From NCBI GenBank assembly GCA_963795085.1, contig CAWCFX010000002.1:352001-416000 (forward strand): DNA of 64,000 nucleotides. Direction: 5' to 3'. The translations under genes were made by a program, and so were the position numbers. Source of the DNA: an uncultured Gemmatimonadales bacterium (lineage in GTDB: Bacteria > Gemmatimonadota > Gemmatimonadetes > Gemmatimonadales > GWC2-71-9). Shown here piece after piece: positions 9,333 through 21,795 of the stretch. Under the pieces are notes generated by a model. That model was not told the origin of the DNA. It saw only the letters and a list, made by a program, of their open reading frames with translations, and made no database searches. How positions within the stretch are numbered: the stretch's first letter is position 1; each line of letters starts with the position of its first letter.

Positions 9333-10227
9333 GATCGACCGCCTGTTTCTGCTGGAACAGTTCCAGGACTACCTGTTCCTGGAGGCGGGGCACAGCGCCA
9401 ACACGGTGGCGAGCTACCTGCGGGATCTCCGGCGGTGGGGCCGGTGGGCCGGGCTCTACGGTGTCACCGGCCCCGAGGCGGTTGACGCCCGGCTGCTCCG
9501 GAAATTCGTTTTTGCGCTCAAGGACATGGGCCTCAGCCCGGCCACCATCCGCCGCCAGGTCTCCGCCTTGCGTACCTACTATGCCTTTCTGATCGGCGAG
9601 GGACGGGTCAGCCACGATCCCAGCGAGCGGCTGGAATCCCCCCGTCCCGGCCGGACCCTCCCGGATGTACTGACGGTGGACGAGATCGAGCGGCTGCTCG
9701 CGGCGCCGGGCGTGGACGACCGGCTGGCGTGGCGGGACCGGGCCCTGCTGGAGCTGGGCTACGGAGCCGGCATGCGGGTGTCGGAGCTCTGCGGCCTTGC
9801 CCGGACCGACCTGGTCCTCGATGAAGGACTGGTCCGGGTGTTCGGCAAGGGAGGCAAGGAGCGGCTGGTGCCGATCGGCCGGACCGTGATCGGCGCGGTG
9901 TCGGTTTACCTGCACACTCTGCGTCCGGACCTGGACCGGGGCCAGAGCGGGAACCGGCTCCTGCTCAACACCCGGGGCACCCCGCTCTCGCGGGTGGGCG
10001 CCTGGGCCATCGTGAAAAAGGCCGCCGTAGCGGCCGGGATAAAGAAAAACGTGACCCCGCATACCCTGCGCCACAGCTTTGCGACCCATCTCCTCGAAGG
10101 AGGTGCGGATCTCCGCGCCGTGCAGGAAATGCTGGGCCACGCCGATCTTTCAACCACCCAGATCTACACCCACGTAGACCGGGAGTACCTGCGGTCGGTC
10201 CACAAGCAGTTTCATCCCCGCAAATGA
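9313..10227 (+). CDS. xerD: Site-specific tyrosine recombinase XerD
   Basis: Catalytic set R (GMRVSEL), K (GKGGKER), HxxR (HTLRHSFATHLL), H (LGH) and Y (TQIYTHV). LPDVLT and the C-terminal FHPR are typical of XerD. Confidence 0.9.
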   Translation: MPEPADKIDRLFLLEQFQDYLFLEAGHSANTVASYLRDLRRWGRWAGLYGVTGPEAVDARLLRKFVFALKDMGLSPATIRRQVSALRTYYAFLIGEGRVSHDPSERLESPRPGRTLPDVLTVDEIERLLAAPGVDDRLAWRDRALLELGYGAGMRVSELCGLARTDLVLDEGLVRVFGKGGKERLVPIGRTVIGAVSVYLHTLRPDLDRGQSGNRLLLNTRGTPLSRVGAWAIVKKAAVAAGIKKNVTPHTLRHSFATHLLEGGADLRAVQEMLGHADLSTTQIYTHVDREYLRSVHKQFHPRK

Positions 10228-10306
10228 TCGGAGCACGCAGGCAGCGGCCTCTGATCAACGAGTGCCCGACTGAATCAGTGACCACCGCCCAATCGCGACT
10301 GCCCGG

Positions 10307-10813
10307 CTACTCCTCCTCCGATCCGTCCTCCGCCTCCACGTTTACCGTGGACATCGCCAGCTGCGAGAGAGTCTCGTCCGTTTCCGACTCCTCGTCCAGG
10401 CTCTGCTGCAGCAGTTCCGCCGCCTTGGTGTACCCCAGCATCTCGGCCCAGGTCCGAAGGGTGCCGTAGGCAGCGATCTCGTAGTGCTCCACCTTCTGGG
10501 CTGCGGCGATCAGGGCGGCATCCAGGACCTCCGGGTCGTGGCCCTCCTCGATGGCCTCCTTGCCTTCCTCGATCAATCCTTCCATCGCCACGCAGTGCTT
10601 GCCCCGGGCAGCCACCCCCAGTTCGGCGAACACCTTTTCCAGCCGGGTGACCTGGCCCCGGGTCACTTCCAGGTGATCCTCAAACGCCGCCCGAAGCTCC
10701 TCGGAGGTCGCCGCCTTGGCCATCTTCGGAAGCGCCTTGATCAGTTGCTTCTCCGCGTTGTAGGTGTCCTTCATGGTCTCGATGAGCAGGTCTTCCAGAT
10801 TCTCGGCTGCCAT
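10307..10813 (-). CDS. Ferritin-like DUF892 (YciE/YciF) stress protein
   Basis: D.YNAEKQL.KALPKMA, C.AMEGLIEE, AAAQKVEHYEIAAYGTL. Confidence 0.92.
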   Translation of the reverse strand: MAAENLEDLLIETMKDTYNAEKQLIKALPKMAKAATSEELRAAFEDHLEVTRGQVTRLEKVFAELGVAARGKHCVAMEGLIEEGKEAIEEGHDPEVLDAALIAAAQKVEHYEIAAYGTLRTWAEMLGYTKAAELLQQSLDEESETDETLSQLAMSTVNVEAEDGSEEE

Positions 10814-10894
10814 GACTGTCCCCCTGTATATGGTTCAGAAAAAGCAAAGTTCGGATAGGTGATCCGCTTGCGCGTGTTGTGAATATCGGTGGAA

Positions 10895-10916
10895 GCGGTC
10901 ACCGAGCGGTGACCGC
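10895..10916. promoter_or_regulatory. Perfect inverted repeat in a divergent intergenic region (candidate operator or hairpin)
   Basis: GCGGTCACCG-AG-CGGTGACCGC, between the divergent DUF892 gene and the 11080 ORF. Confidence 0.45.
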
Positions 10917-11079
10917 CGTCACGAGCCCGGCCGCACCTCGCCGACATGTTGTGTGAAATGCCCGGCCGGAGCCCGCAGGGCGGATATTCCCGGTCGGGTG
11001 ATTCCTGACAGCGACCCGGGCCGGGTCCCGGTTCCCCGCTGCTTCCTTGTCCCTGAGAACCCTGCTATGATCAACGCAT

Positions 11080-11781
11080 ATGAAGAACTACTGGGTTCGC
11101 ATCGTCCTCGGCGCCGTCGGGGTCTTTTTCATCGGCATGATCATCGTGACGGCCATCCGAAAGGCGACCGGACAGGTCCGCATGATCCGGGATACCGCCG
11201 AGCCGGTCCGCATCCCCTTTCCTTTTGGCATCGTTCCATTCCGTCTCGACGGAACCCGGCTGGGCAACGTCGAACACATGGTCCTGCTCCGGGACGCTCC
11301 GGAAGGCATTTCGGGGATCAAGGTGATGGTCAAGCTCTCGGACTCGGCCATGGCCGACCGGCTGCACGACTGTTACCTGGTCGTGAAAGACATCGAGCAC
11401 ATGAATAGCCAGACCACCTTTGCCTGCCAGTCTCCCGACACCTCGGGGCTGGACCTGGTGCCGTACGGCACGGTGGACATCGAGGGATCCGGGGCTTCCT
11501 TCCCCCTGCTGCTCTCCCGCCAGGCGGTGGATGACCTTCGCTCCAACCAGGGCTCCGCGAACATCGAAGCGCGGGTGGACTCCATCGCCCGGCAGGCCGA
11601 GGCAACCGCCGATTCGCTGGGGCAACTGGCGGACTCCATCGCTGAGCGCGCCGACTCCATCCGGGAATCGGCCAGGGAGAAAGCCGATTCGGTCCGGGAT
11701 GCCGCATTGCGCATGGCCGATTCCATCCGGCAGCGGCGCGGTGCCGGTCCTCCGCGCACCCAGGAAAGGTCGCGTCCCTGA
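11080..11781 (+). CDS. Membrane-anchored hypothetical protein with a C-terminal ADS-repeat coiled region
   Basis: N-terminal TM helix and repeated (A/V)DS(I/L/V) units. TGATG coupling to the next gene. Confidence 0.75.
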   Translation: MKNYWVRIVLGAVGVFFIGMIIVTAIRKATGQVRMIRDTAEPVRIPFPFGIVPFRLDGTRLGNVEHMVLLRDAPEGISGIKVMVKLSDSAMADRLHDCYLVVKDIEHMNSQTTFACQSPDTSGLDLVPYGTVDIEGSGASFPLLLSRQAVDDLRSNQGSANIEARVDSIARQAEATADSLGQLADSIAERADSIRESAREKADSVRDAALRMADSIRQRRGAGPPRTQERSRP

Positions 11782-13293
11782 TGGCCAGGCCGGCGCTTCG
11801 GGTGGTCCTGCTGCTCGCCGGCCTGGCGTCCCCAGCGGGAGCGCAGGATCCGCCCCTGGGCCGGGTGACCTTTCCTACCAGCCAGACCGGAACCGCCCAC
11901 GACCGCTTCCTTCGTGGGGTCCTCTACCTCCACAGCTTTGAGTATGACGCGGCGGCCGCCGAGTTCCGGGCCGCCCAGCAGGCGGCCCCCGGGTTTGCGA
12001 TGGCTCACTGGGGCGAAGCCATGACCTACAACCACCCGGTGTGGGACCAGCAGGACCGGGAGGCCGCGCTGGCCGCGCTGCAGCGCCTGGCCCCAACCCC
12101 AGCCGCCCGTGCCGCCAGGGTGACCGACCCGCGGGAGCAGGCCTGGCTCGGCGCCGTGGAAGCGCTGTACGGCGAAGGCGACAAGGTCCGGCGGGACACC
12201 CTCTACGCCACCGCCATGGAGCGCCTCGCCCGGGAATACCCCCGGGACCTCGAGGCCCAGACTTTCTACGCCCTCAGCCTGATGGGGCTGTCCCAGACGA
12301 CACGCGTGGTGCCCACCTATATGCGAGCCGGCGCCATCGCCCTCGCCGCGATGCAGGCCAACCCGGAACATCCCGGCGCCGCCCACTACGTGATTCACGC
12401 GTTCGACGACCCGGTTCATGCTCCGCTCGGCCTCCCGGCGGCCCGCGCGTATTCCGGCATCGCGCCCGGCGCGGCCCACGCCCAGCACATGACCACCCAC
12501 ATCTTCCTGGCCCTGGGGATGTGGGACCAGGTCGTGAGTCAGAACATCATCGCATCCGGGGCCGATCGCAGCCAGTGGAAACCCGGGCACTACACCTCCT
12601 GGCTGGGCTACGCGCTGCTGCAGCAGGGCCGCTTCAAGGCGGCGAAGGACCACCTCGACCTGGTCGCGGCGGAACATGGACGCGAACGACGGCGCCGGCA
12701 CGGCGGGGCACTCTGATGCTGATGCGGGCCTACCACCTCGTCAATGCGGGACCCTGGTCCGATACGACGTTGCTCTACCCCGATCGACGCGCCGCGGGGT
12801 CGGGCCCGTTCACGGCGCCGTCGATGCCTTCGCCATCGGGTTCGCCGCGGATACGGCGCGGAGACGTGGCCCTGGCCCGGGACCAGGCCGAAGCAGGTCG
12901 CCGCCGATGCCGGTGCTCAAGGCTGGAACTGGAGGGTCTCCTCGCCCTCGCGGCGGGAGACACAGTGGGCGCCCTCGGAACGGCTCCGTCAGGCCACCCG
13001 GATCGAGGACACCCTGCCAATGGCGTTCGGCCCTCCCGGATATCGTCAAGCCGAGCCACGAGCTGCTCGGGGAAACGCTGCTCTCGCTCGGCCGCCCGGG
13101 TGAGGCCCGGGTGGCGTTCGAACGGGCACTCGACCTGGCGCCCGGCCGGCTCCGGGCACTAGTCGGACTTTATAGGGCGGCGGTGGCGGAGGGCGACAGC
13201 ATGGTCGCCCGACGCGCCCGGACGAAGCTCGAGCCGGTTCTCAGGACGACTGACGCCGACCCTGAACTGGAGGAGTTCCACCGAATCCCGTGA
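11781..13293 (+). pseudogene. Secreted TPR protein interrupted by multiple frameshifts (pseudogene or local assembly error)
   Basis: Signal peptide and family motifs (LHSFEY, HPGAAHYVIHAFDDP, HAQHMTTHIF) lie in the 11781 frame. Plausible continuation segments alternate among all three frames over about 12670-13040, and the TPR end (KPSHELLGE..APGRLRAL) lies in the frame ending at 13293. Confidence 0.75.
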
Positions 13294-13330
13294 TGAACAC
13301 GTCAACGAGGAGGAGGGAGGAAATGAGAGA

Positions 13331-14935
13331 TCAGCGCACCGCCGTTATATTCCAGTTCACCGGGTTGGGTGGAGGAAACGAACTGGTAATGACCCACTTG
13401 GTTCCGTCCGCCCCCCAATAGACCCAATGGACCAGTTGATTGACCGTGTAGAAGTCGAGTTCCCGCCAGCCTCCCGCTTCCTGCCATGCTACGCCGTTTA
13501 TGAACGTAATGGCGAGTCGCCCGTCCGGTCCGACATCGAGCGAACGGATGTTCGCTACGCCGTTGGTATACGGATTGTCGAAGAGGGTAACGATTCCACC
13601 CGTGATGGCAATCACCCGGGTGCCCAGGGGGCCACTGAGCAGGCCATACACCGGACCACCGTTGGGGGAAGTCCGAAGGAACTTGATCTCGTAGGGTTCT
13701 CCCACCGGAGCGGGCGGAATGGCGGGAAATGACCACGAGGACCCATTCCAATACCCCACGCTGGCGCGGCCACCGACACCATACTGCTCCTGAAGCACAC
13801 CGGCCACATAGAGCTCGGTAAGGCTGCGGGCCGCGACGGGCCCCCCCACCTGGTGAACGCTGTCGTTAACCAAGAGGGGGAAGTTTAAGTCACTCCATCC
13901 CCCTGGGTCGCGTCGCCGAACCACCGGTCCCCCATGAAAGCCAGCGGTTGTAACCAGAAAGATCGTGTCGCTTCCGTAGCCACTGACCCAGGTTTCCAAG
14001 TGACAGGGTGGACTCGGATCCCGGGCCCATGCCACTCCAGGGGCCGGGGACTGCCAGACCTGTGATTGGGTCTGATTGCACACCGATCCGACTCCGCCGG
14101 CCCAGGCGGCCCCGTTGGGGAAGACCCAAAGCGAACTGAATTGAAAGCCGTCGGGTCCTTCCTGGTTCCACCCGGTTCCATCCCACTGCCAAATGGTACT
14201 CCCTGCCGCCAACAGTCGGCCGCCGGCTTCTCTGACGGTCCCTACGTATCTGTCGATGGGGTACGTAATGCTGCTGGGCCGCACCCGCACCTGGAATTGG
14301 GCGGTGGCGCTGCCAGCCGTGGCGGTGAGATCGGCGTTACCTGGCGCGATACCGGCGATGACGCCCACCGCCGTCGCTCCATCGGCGACGGTGGAATCGG
14401 ACGAAGTCCATGCCAGCGTCAACTGAGCCGGTTGGATGGAATTGCCATACTCATCCGTACCGCCAAACACCGCTTGGCGCGAGGTTCCCGGGTTCAGAAA
14501 ACCCAGCGAGTCCCAGGATGTTGTCAGCGTCACCGGGAGGCTGGGCAGGAGATTGGCTGAAAACACCAGGACCGGAACCGGTGAACCGGCGGAATCGAGC
14601 AGCACAGCTTCCACGGTAGCCCCTGGAGCCGTACTGGTTCCCAGGGTCCAGCGGACACTTGCCAGACCGTCAGGACCGCTACCGACCGTATCCGCCGTCA
14701 AGCTTCCGCCTCCAGCCTTGATTCTGAATACCACCATCGCGCCGGCCGCCGGGGCGCCAGACGAGAGCACCTGCACAACCAGCGGATCGGGCAGTTCGGT
14801 TGCCACCATGCCGGTTTGCTGATCACCAGAGATGGCTTGCAACGCCAAGGATGTGGCTCTGTGGTCGGTGGGGGGTTCCAAACTACATGACAGGATCAGG
14901 ACGGTCAGAAGGGGTAGCAGAGTCTGACGTCTCAT
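13331..14935 (-). CDS. Secreted lipoprotein with Ig-like domains and a Trp-rich repeat C-terminal region
   Basis: Lipobox ILS-C, SGDQQTG...LPDPLVVQV Ig module, WTSSDSTVA Big_2-like motif, WQWDGTGW and YWNGSSW repeats. Codon usage looks atypical by eye. Confidence 0.75.
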   Translation of the reverse strand: MRRQTLLPLLTVLILSCSLEPPTDHRATSLALQAISGDQQTGMVATELPDPLVVQVLSSGAPAAGAMVVFRIKAGGGSLTADTVGSGPDGLASVRWTLGTSTAPGATVEAVLLDSAGSPVPVLVFSANLLPSLPVTLTTSWDSLGFLNPGTSRQAVFGGTDEYGNSIQPAQLTLAWTSSDSTVADGATAVGVIAGIAPGNADLTATAGSATAQFQVRVRPSSITYPIDRYVGTVREAGGRLLAAGSTIWQWDGTGWNQEGPDGFQFSSLWVFPNGAAWAGGVGSVCNQTQSQVWQSPAPGVAWARDPSPPCHLETWVSGYGSDTIFLVTTAGFHGGPVVRRRDPGGWSDLNFPLLVNDSVHQVGGPVAARSLTELYVAGVLQEQYGVGGRASVGYWNGSSWSFPAIPPAPVGEPYEIKFLRTSPNGGPVYGLLSGPLGTRVIAITGGIVTLFDNPYTNGVANIRSLDVGPDGRLAITFINGVAWQEAGGWRELDFYTVNQLVHWVYWGADGTKWVITSSFPPPNPVNWNITAVR

Positions 14936-15112
14936 AAGAAGTGCCGCGGTTTGGATTCAATGTGGACGAAGCGGGTGATCCCGGCCCCACATTAACCAAG
15001 CTACGGCGCACTCTCGTGAACGGGAAGGGGCCCTCCCTACCTCAACCCAACTTGCGTTATGACAATCCTTTACGGAGGTCTGACGGACCCTGAAATGCAT
15101 CGGGCACAACTT

Positions 15113-15141
15113 TTGACAGGGGGCCCGCTTCTTGTTAGCTT
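15113..15141 (+). promoter_or_regulatory. sigma70-type promoter of the kdsB operon (probably leaderless)
   Basis: TTGACA (15113-15118), 17 bp spacer, TAGCTT (15136-15141), then GTG 5 nt downstream with no RBS. Confidence 0.7.
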
Positions 15142-15146
15142 CTGAC

Positions 15147-18379
<3,233 letters not shown>

Positions 18380-18383
<4 letters not shown>

Positions 18384-18934
18384 TTGACCCCGCGGTCGCA
18401 CGCGGCATCAAACTGCTGATCCTCGATGTGGACGGCGTGCTCACCGACAATGCGGTGCACGTCGGCCTGGTGGACGGCCGGCGGGTGGAACTCAAGAGTT
18501 TCGACATCCAGGATGGATTGGGGATCGTTCTGCTGCGCGAAACCGGGATCGCCGTGGTCTGGATGAGCGGTCGCGAATCCGAGGCCACCACGCTCCGGGC
18601 CACCGAACTCAAGATCGAAGAAGTGCTGCAGCTCCGGGGCGCCGCCAAGCTGCCTGCCACGCTGGAGCTGATGCAGCGCCGGTCCCTCCGCTGGGAGGAC
18701 ATCGCGTTCGTCGGCGACGATCTCGCGGATCTCCCGGTGATGCGGCGGGCCGCGTTGCCGATTGCGGTGGCCAACGCGGTTGACGAGATCAAGGACAGCG
18801 CGGCGTTCGTGACCCAGCGCGCCGGCGGGAGGGGGGCGGTGCGAGAGGCGATCGAGACCCTGCTCAAGGCGCGGGGAGAATGGGAACAGTGCGTCCAGGG
18901 CTACCTCCGGGACCGGGGCGATGACGCCGCCTGA
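18380..18934 (+). CDS. kdsC: Kdo-8-phosphate phosphatase (HAD family)
   Basis: ILDVDGVLTD, DGLGI, FVGDDLADL, GGRGAVRE. GTGA overlap. Confidence 0.92.
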
Positions 18935-19883
18935 TGCCGCGCTCAGCGCGGGCCAGCGGGTGCTCCGGCTGGAAGCCGCCGAAATATCCCGGGCCGCCGA
19001 CCGCCTGGGCGAGGAATTCGGCCGGGCCGTCACCCTCCTCGCCGAGGTCCCCGGCCGGGTGATCGTCTCCGGCGTCGGAAAGTCGGGCCTCATCGCCCGG
19101 AAGATCGCGGCGACCCTGACGTCCACCGGCACGCCGGCCAGCTTTCTTCACCCGGTGGACAGCCTGCACGGCGACCTGGGGCTGGTGGGCCGCGAGGATG
19201 TCGCCATCATTCTGAGCAAGAGCGGCGAGTCGCAGGACCTGTTCGGGCTGCTCGGTTCGCTGCAGCGGATGAAGGTGCCGGTCATCGCCATCACCGGCGG
19301 GCGCGGTTCCCTGCTGGCCCGGGTGGCGGCGGTGACGCTGGATGGCTCGGTGAACGAGGAGGCCTGTCCCCACGACCTGGCCCCGACCTCGAGTACCGCG
19401 GTGGCGCTCGCGCTGGGGGACGCGCTGGCCGTGGCCCTGCTGGAGCGAAAGGGGTTTCGGCGCGAAGATTTCGCGGCGCTCCACCCCGGTGGCGCCATCG
19501 GGGTCAAGCTCACCCTCCGGGTGGGCGACGTGATGCTGCCGGCGGCGGGGGCCCTGGCGCCGGGGGACACGATGCGCGCCGCCGTCGTCATGCTGGCCCA
19601 TCACCGGGGCCTGGCGCCGGTGGTCGAGAACGGCAGGCTGGCCGGCGTCATCACCGCGGGAGACCTGACTCGCCAGGCCGACCGGAGTCCCGATTTTCTT
19701 TCACTGAAGGTGGCCGACGTGATGACACCCACCCCGAAAACCGCATCGCCCGGCGAGCTGGCCGCAGCGGCGGTGGGCACCATGGAGCAGCACGGGATCA
19801 TGGCGCTGCCGGTGGTGGATGACAACCGGACCCTGGTCGGGGTGGTCCACCTGCATGACCTGCTGCGGGCCGGCGCCGTATGA
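18921..19883 (+). CDS. kdsD: Arabinose-5-phosphate isomerase (SIS plus CBS domains, KpsF/GutQ family)
   Basis: GVGKSGLIARKIAATLTSTGTP, HGDLG, EEACPHDLAPTSST, FAALHPGG, and a CBS pair. Confidence 0.95.
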   Translation: MTPPDAALSAGQRVLRLEAAEISRAADRLGEEFGRAVTLLAEVPGRVIVSGVGKSGLIARKIAATLTSTGTPASFLHPVDSLHGDLGLVGREDVAIILSKSGESQDLFGLLGSLQRMKVPVIAITGGRGSLLARVAAVTLDGSVNEEACPHDLAPTSSTAVALALGDALAVALLERKGFRREDFAALHPGGAIGVKLTLRVGDVMLPAAGALAPGDTMRAAVVMLAHHRGLAPVVENGRLAGVITAGDLTRQADRSPDFLSLKVADVMTPTPKTASPGELAAAAVGTMEQHGIMALPVVDDNRTLVGVVHLHDLLRAGAV

Positions 19884-20452
19884 GAACCGGGTGGCCGGCG
19901 TGGCGTTGGGCCCTCCTGGCCGCGGTCGCCGTGGCTGCCCCGGGCTGCCAGGAAAAGGGAGTCACGCCCCCGGTGACCCAGACCGCGGCGGACTCGGCCG
20001 ACCAGATTCTCTTCGGCCTCATGCACTATGTCACGGAAGATGGGGTTAAGCGGAGCCTGGTCGAAGCCGATACTGCCTATCTGTTCGACCAGACCCAGAC
20101 CGCTGAGCTCAAGAAGGTCAAAGTCACCTTCTACACTGAGAACGGGGCGGTCAGCTCGGTGCTGACCGCCAACGAGGGAACCTATTTCCAGCAGGCCGGC
20201 GGGATGACGGCGCGGGGCAACGTGGTGGGAACCTCGCCGGACGGGCGGACTCTCCGCACCTCGGAGCTCCGCTATGACGCCAACAGCAAGAAAGTCTCGA
20301 CCGACAAGGCCTTTACCTTCCTGCGTAACGGCAACCAGCTCCAGGGGGACGGGTTCACGTCGGACGTGGACTTCTCCAGCATCGTGGTGGATCGCCCCCG
20401 CGGCCTGGAGAGCGGACGGGGCGGGGCCAGCGGCCTGCTGCCCGGACAATGA
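19880..20452 (+). CDS. lptC: LPS export periplasmic protein LptC (lipoprotein-type N-terminus)
   Basis: Sits between kdsD and lptA/lptB. Beta-jellyroll pattern LTANEG, GNVV, LRTSELRYD, GDGFTSD. APG-C lipobox-like N-terminus. Confidence 0.8.
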   Translation: MRTGWPAWRWALLAAVAVAAPGCQEKGVTPPVTQTAADSADQILFGLMHYVTEDGVKRSLVEADTAYLFDQTQTAELKKVKVTFYTENGAVSSVLTANEGTYFQQAGGMTARGNVVGTSPDGRTLRTSELRYDANSKKVSTDKAFTFLRNGNQLQGDGFTSDVDFSSIVVDRPRGLESGRGGASGLLPGQ

Positions 20453-21795
20453 AAGCCCCGCTCGTGTGGCTCGCTGGATTGGCCCTCGCGGCCGGCCCCG
20501 CCGGAGCCCAGCAGGACAACACCTGCCGCTTTCAGCTGGAAAGCGTCGGCCGGCAGGGAGTCCAGCAGGGCGACAACCTCTTCGCCGGCGGCGGCGTGGT
20601 GATCCGCTGTTTCAACACCCGGGTCCGCATGAGCAGCGACAGCGTCGCCTACTACGCGCCGCCCGTGGACCTGGTCCAGTTCATCGGGAACGTCCGCTAC
20701 GAAGACACCACGATCGCGATGACCGCGACCAACGGGACCTATTTCAAGTCGGGAGAACGGTGGGAGGCCCGGGGCAACGTGGTCACCCGGAACCTGGAGA
20801 CCGGGTCCACCCTCACCGGCCCCTCGTTGGACTACTACCGCGCGCTCAAGGGGGTCCGGGACACGATCGAGATGTATGCCACCGGGCGGCCCCGGATCAA
20901 CTACATCCCGCAGGATTCGGCGAAGCAGCCGGAGGAGCCGTACATCATCAACGCCGACCGGGTCCGCATGAAAGGCAACGACCGGGTCTGGGCCGCCGGC
21001 CGGGCCACCATCGACCGGAGCGACTTCGCCGCCACGGCGGACTCGATGCGGCTGGACACCGGCCCCACCGGCGACGGCACCCTGATCGGCAACCCGGTCC
21101 TCCGCGGGCTGGGAACCGATTCGTTCAACCTGAGCGGCCGGCGGATAGACCTGGACCTGGACGAGAAGCACCTGAGTTATGTCCTCGCCCGCGGGAATGG
21201 CCATGCCGTCACGGTGGACCTGGACCTCGTGGCCGATACGATCGGGCTCGACGTGGACGGAGGCAAGCTGGTGCAGACCATCGCCTGGGGCGATTCGATC
21301 CGCCCCCATGCCGCCGCCACCGATTTCGCGATACGGTCCGATTCCCTGGCTTTCGATACGCCCGGCCAGAAGCTGACCGAGAGCCGGGCCTTCGGCGCCG
21401 CCTGGGTCGGCAGCGGCGTGGACTCGGCCAGCGCCGGACAGGACTGCTCTCGAGATTACCGTATCTGTGACTGGCTGGTGGGAGACACCGTGATCGCCCG
21501 GTTCGCCGAGCAGGATTCGGCGGGCACCACCCGCACCGTCCTGCGGGAAGTGGACGCCAGCCGCGCCGCACGGGCCCACTATCGGACCGAGAGCGAAGGG
21601 AGTCCCCAGCGCGGGGTCACCTATTCCCGGGCCGACCGGATAACCATCACCATGAAGACCGGTGACAAGCAGGGGGTGGACCGGGTGGAACTCCAGGGCA
21701 GCGTGGACGGCGTCCAGCTCGATCCGCTGAAGCCGGCCGCGGTTCCGGCCGATTCGGCGCCGGGCTCGCGACGGCCCCCGCGGGCGGGGCAATGA
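20449..21795 (+). CDS. lptA: Extended OstA/LptA-like beta-jellyroll periplasmic protein
   Basis: Signal peptide, repeated A.GNV, DS-hydrophobic and G.P motifs, located between lptC and lptB. At 448 aa it is much longer than proteobacterial LptA. Confidence 0.7.
   Translation: MKAPLVWLAGLALAAGPAGAQQDNTCRFQLESVGRQGVQQGDNLFAGGGVVIRCFNTRVRMSSDSVAYYAPPVDLVQFIGNVRYEDTTIAMTATNGTYFKSGERWEARGNVVTRNLETGSTLTGPSLDYYRALKGVRDTIEMYATGRPRINYIPQDSAKQPEEPYIINADRVRMKGNDRVWAAGRATIDRSDFAATADSMRLDTGPTGDGTLIGNPVLRGLGTDSFNLSGRRIDLDLDEKHLSYVLARGNGHAVTVDLDLVADTIGLDVDGGKLVQTIAWGDSIRPHAAATDFAIRSDSLAFDTPGQKLTESRAFGAAWVGSGVDSASAGQDCSRDYRICDWLVGDTVIARFAEQDSAGTTRTVLREVDASRAARAHYRTESEGSPQRGVTYSRADRITITMKTGDKQGVDRVELQGSVDGVQLDPLKPAAVPADSAPGSRRPPRAGQ

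Noticed and set aside
9313..10227. Tyrosine recombinase as a prophage or island integrase
   Set aside because: It has XerD-type sequence and size, is embedded in a housekeeping operon, and has no att repeats or mobile cargo.
12714..12716. TGA as selenocysteine or programmed readthrough in the TPR gene
   Set aside because: The downstream similarity needs several frame changes rather than in-frame readthrough, and no SECIS-like context is evident.
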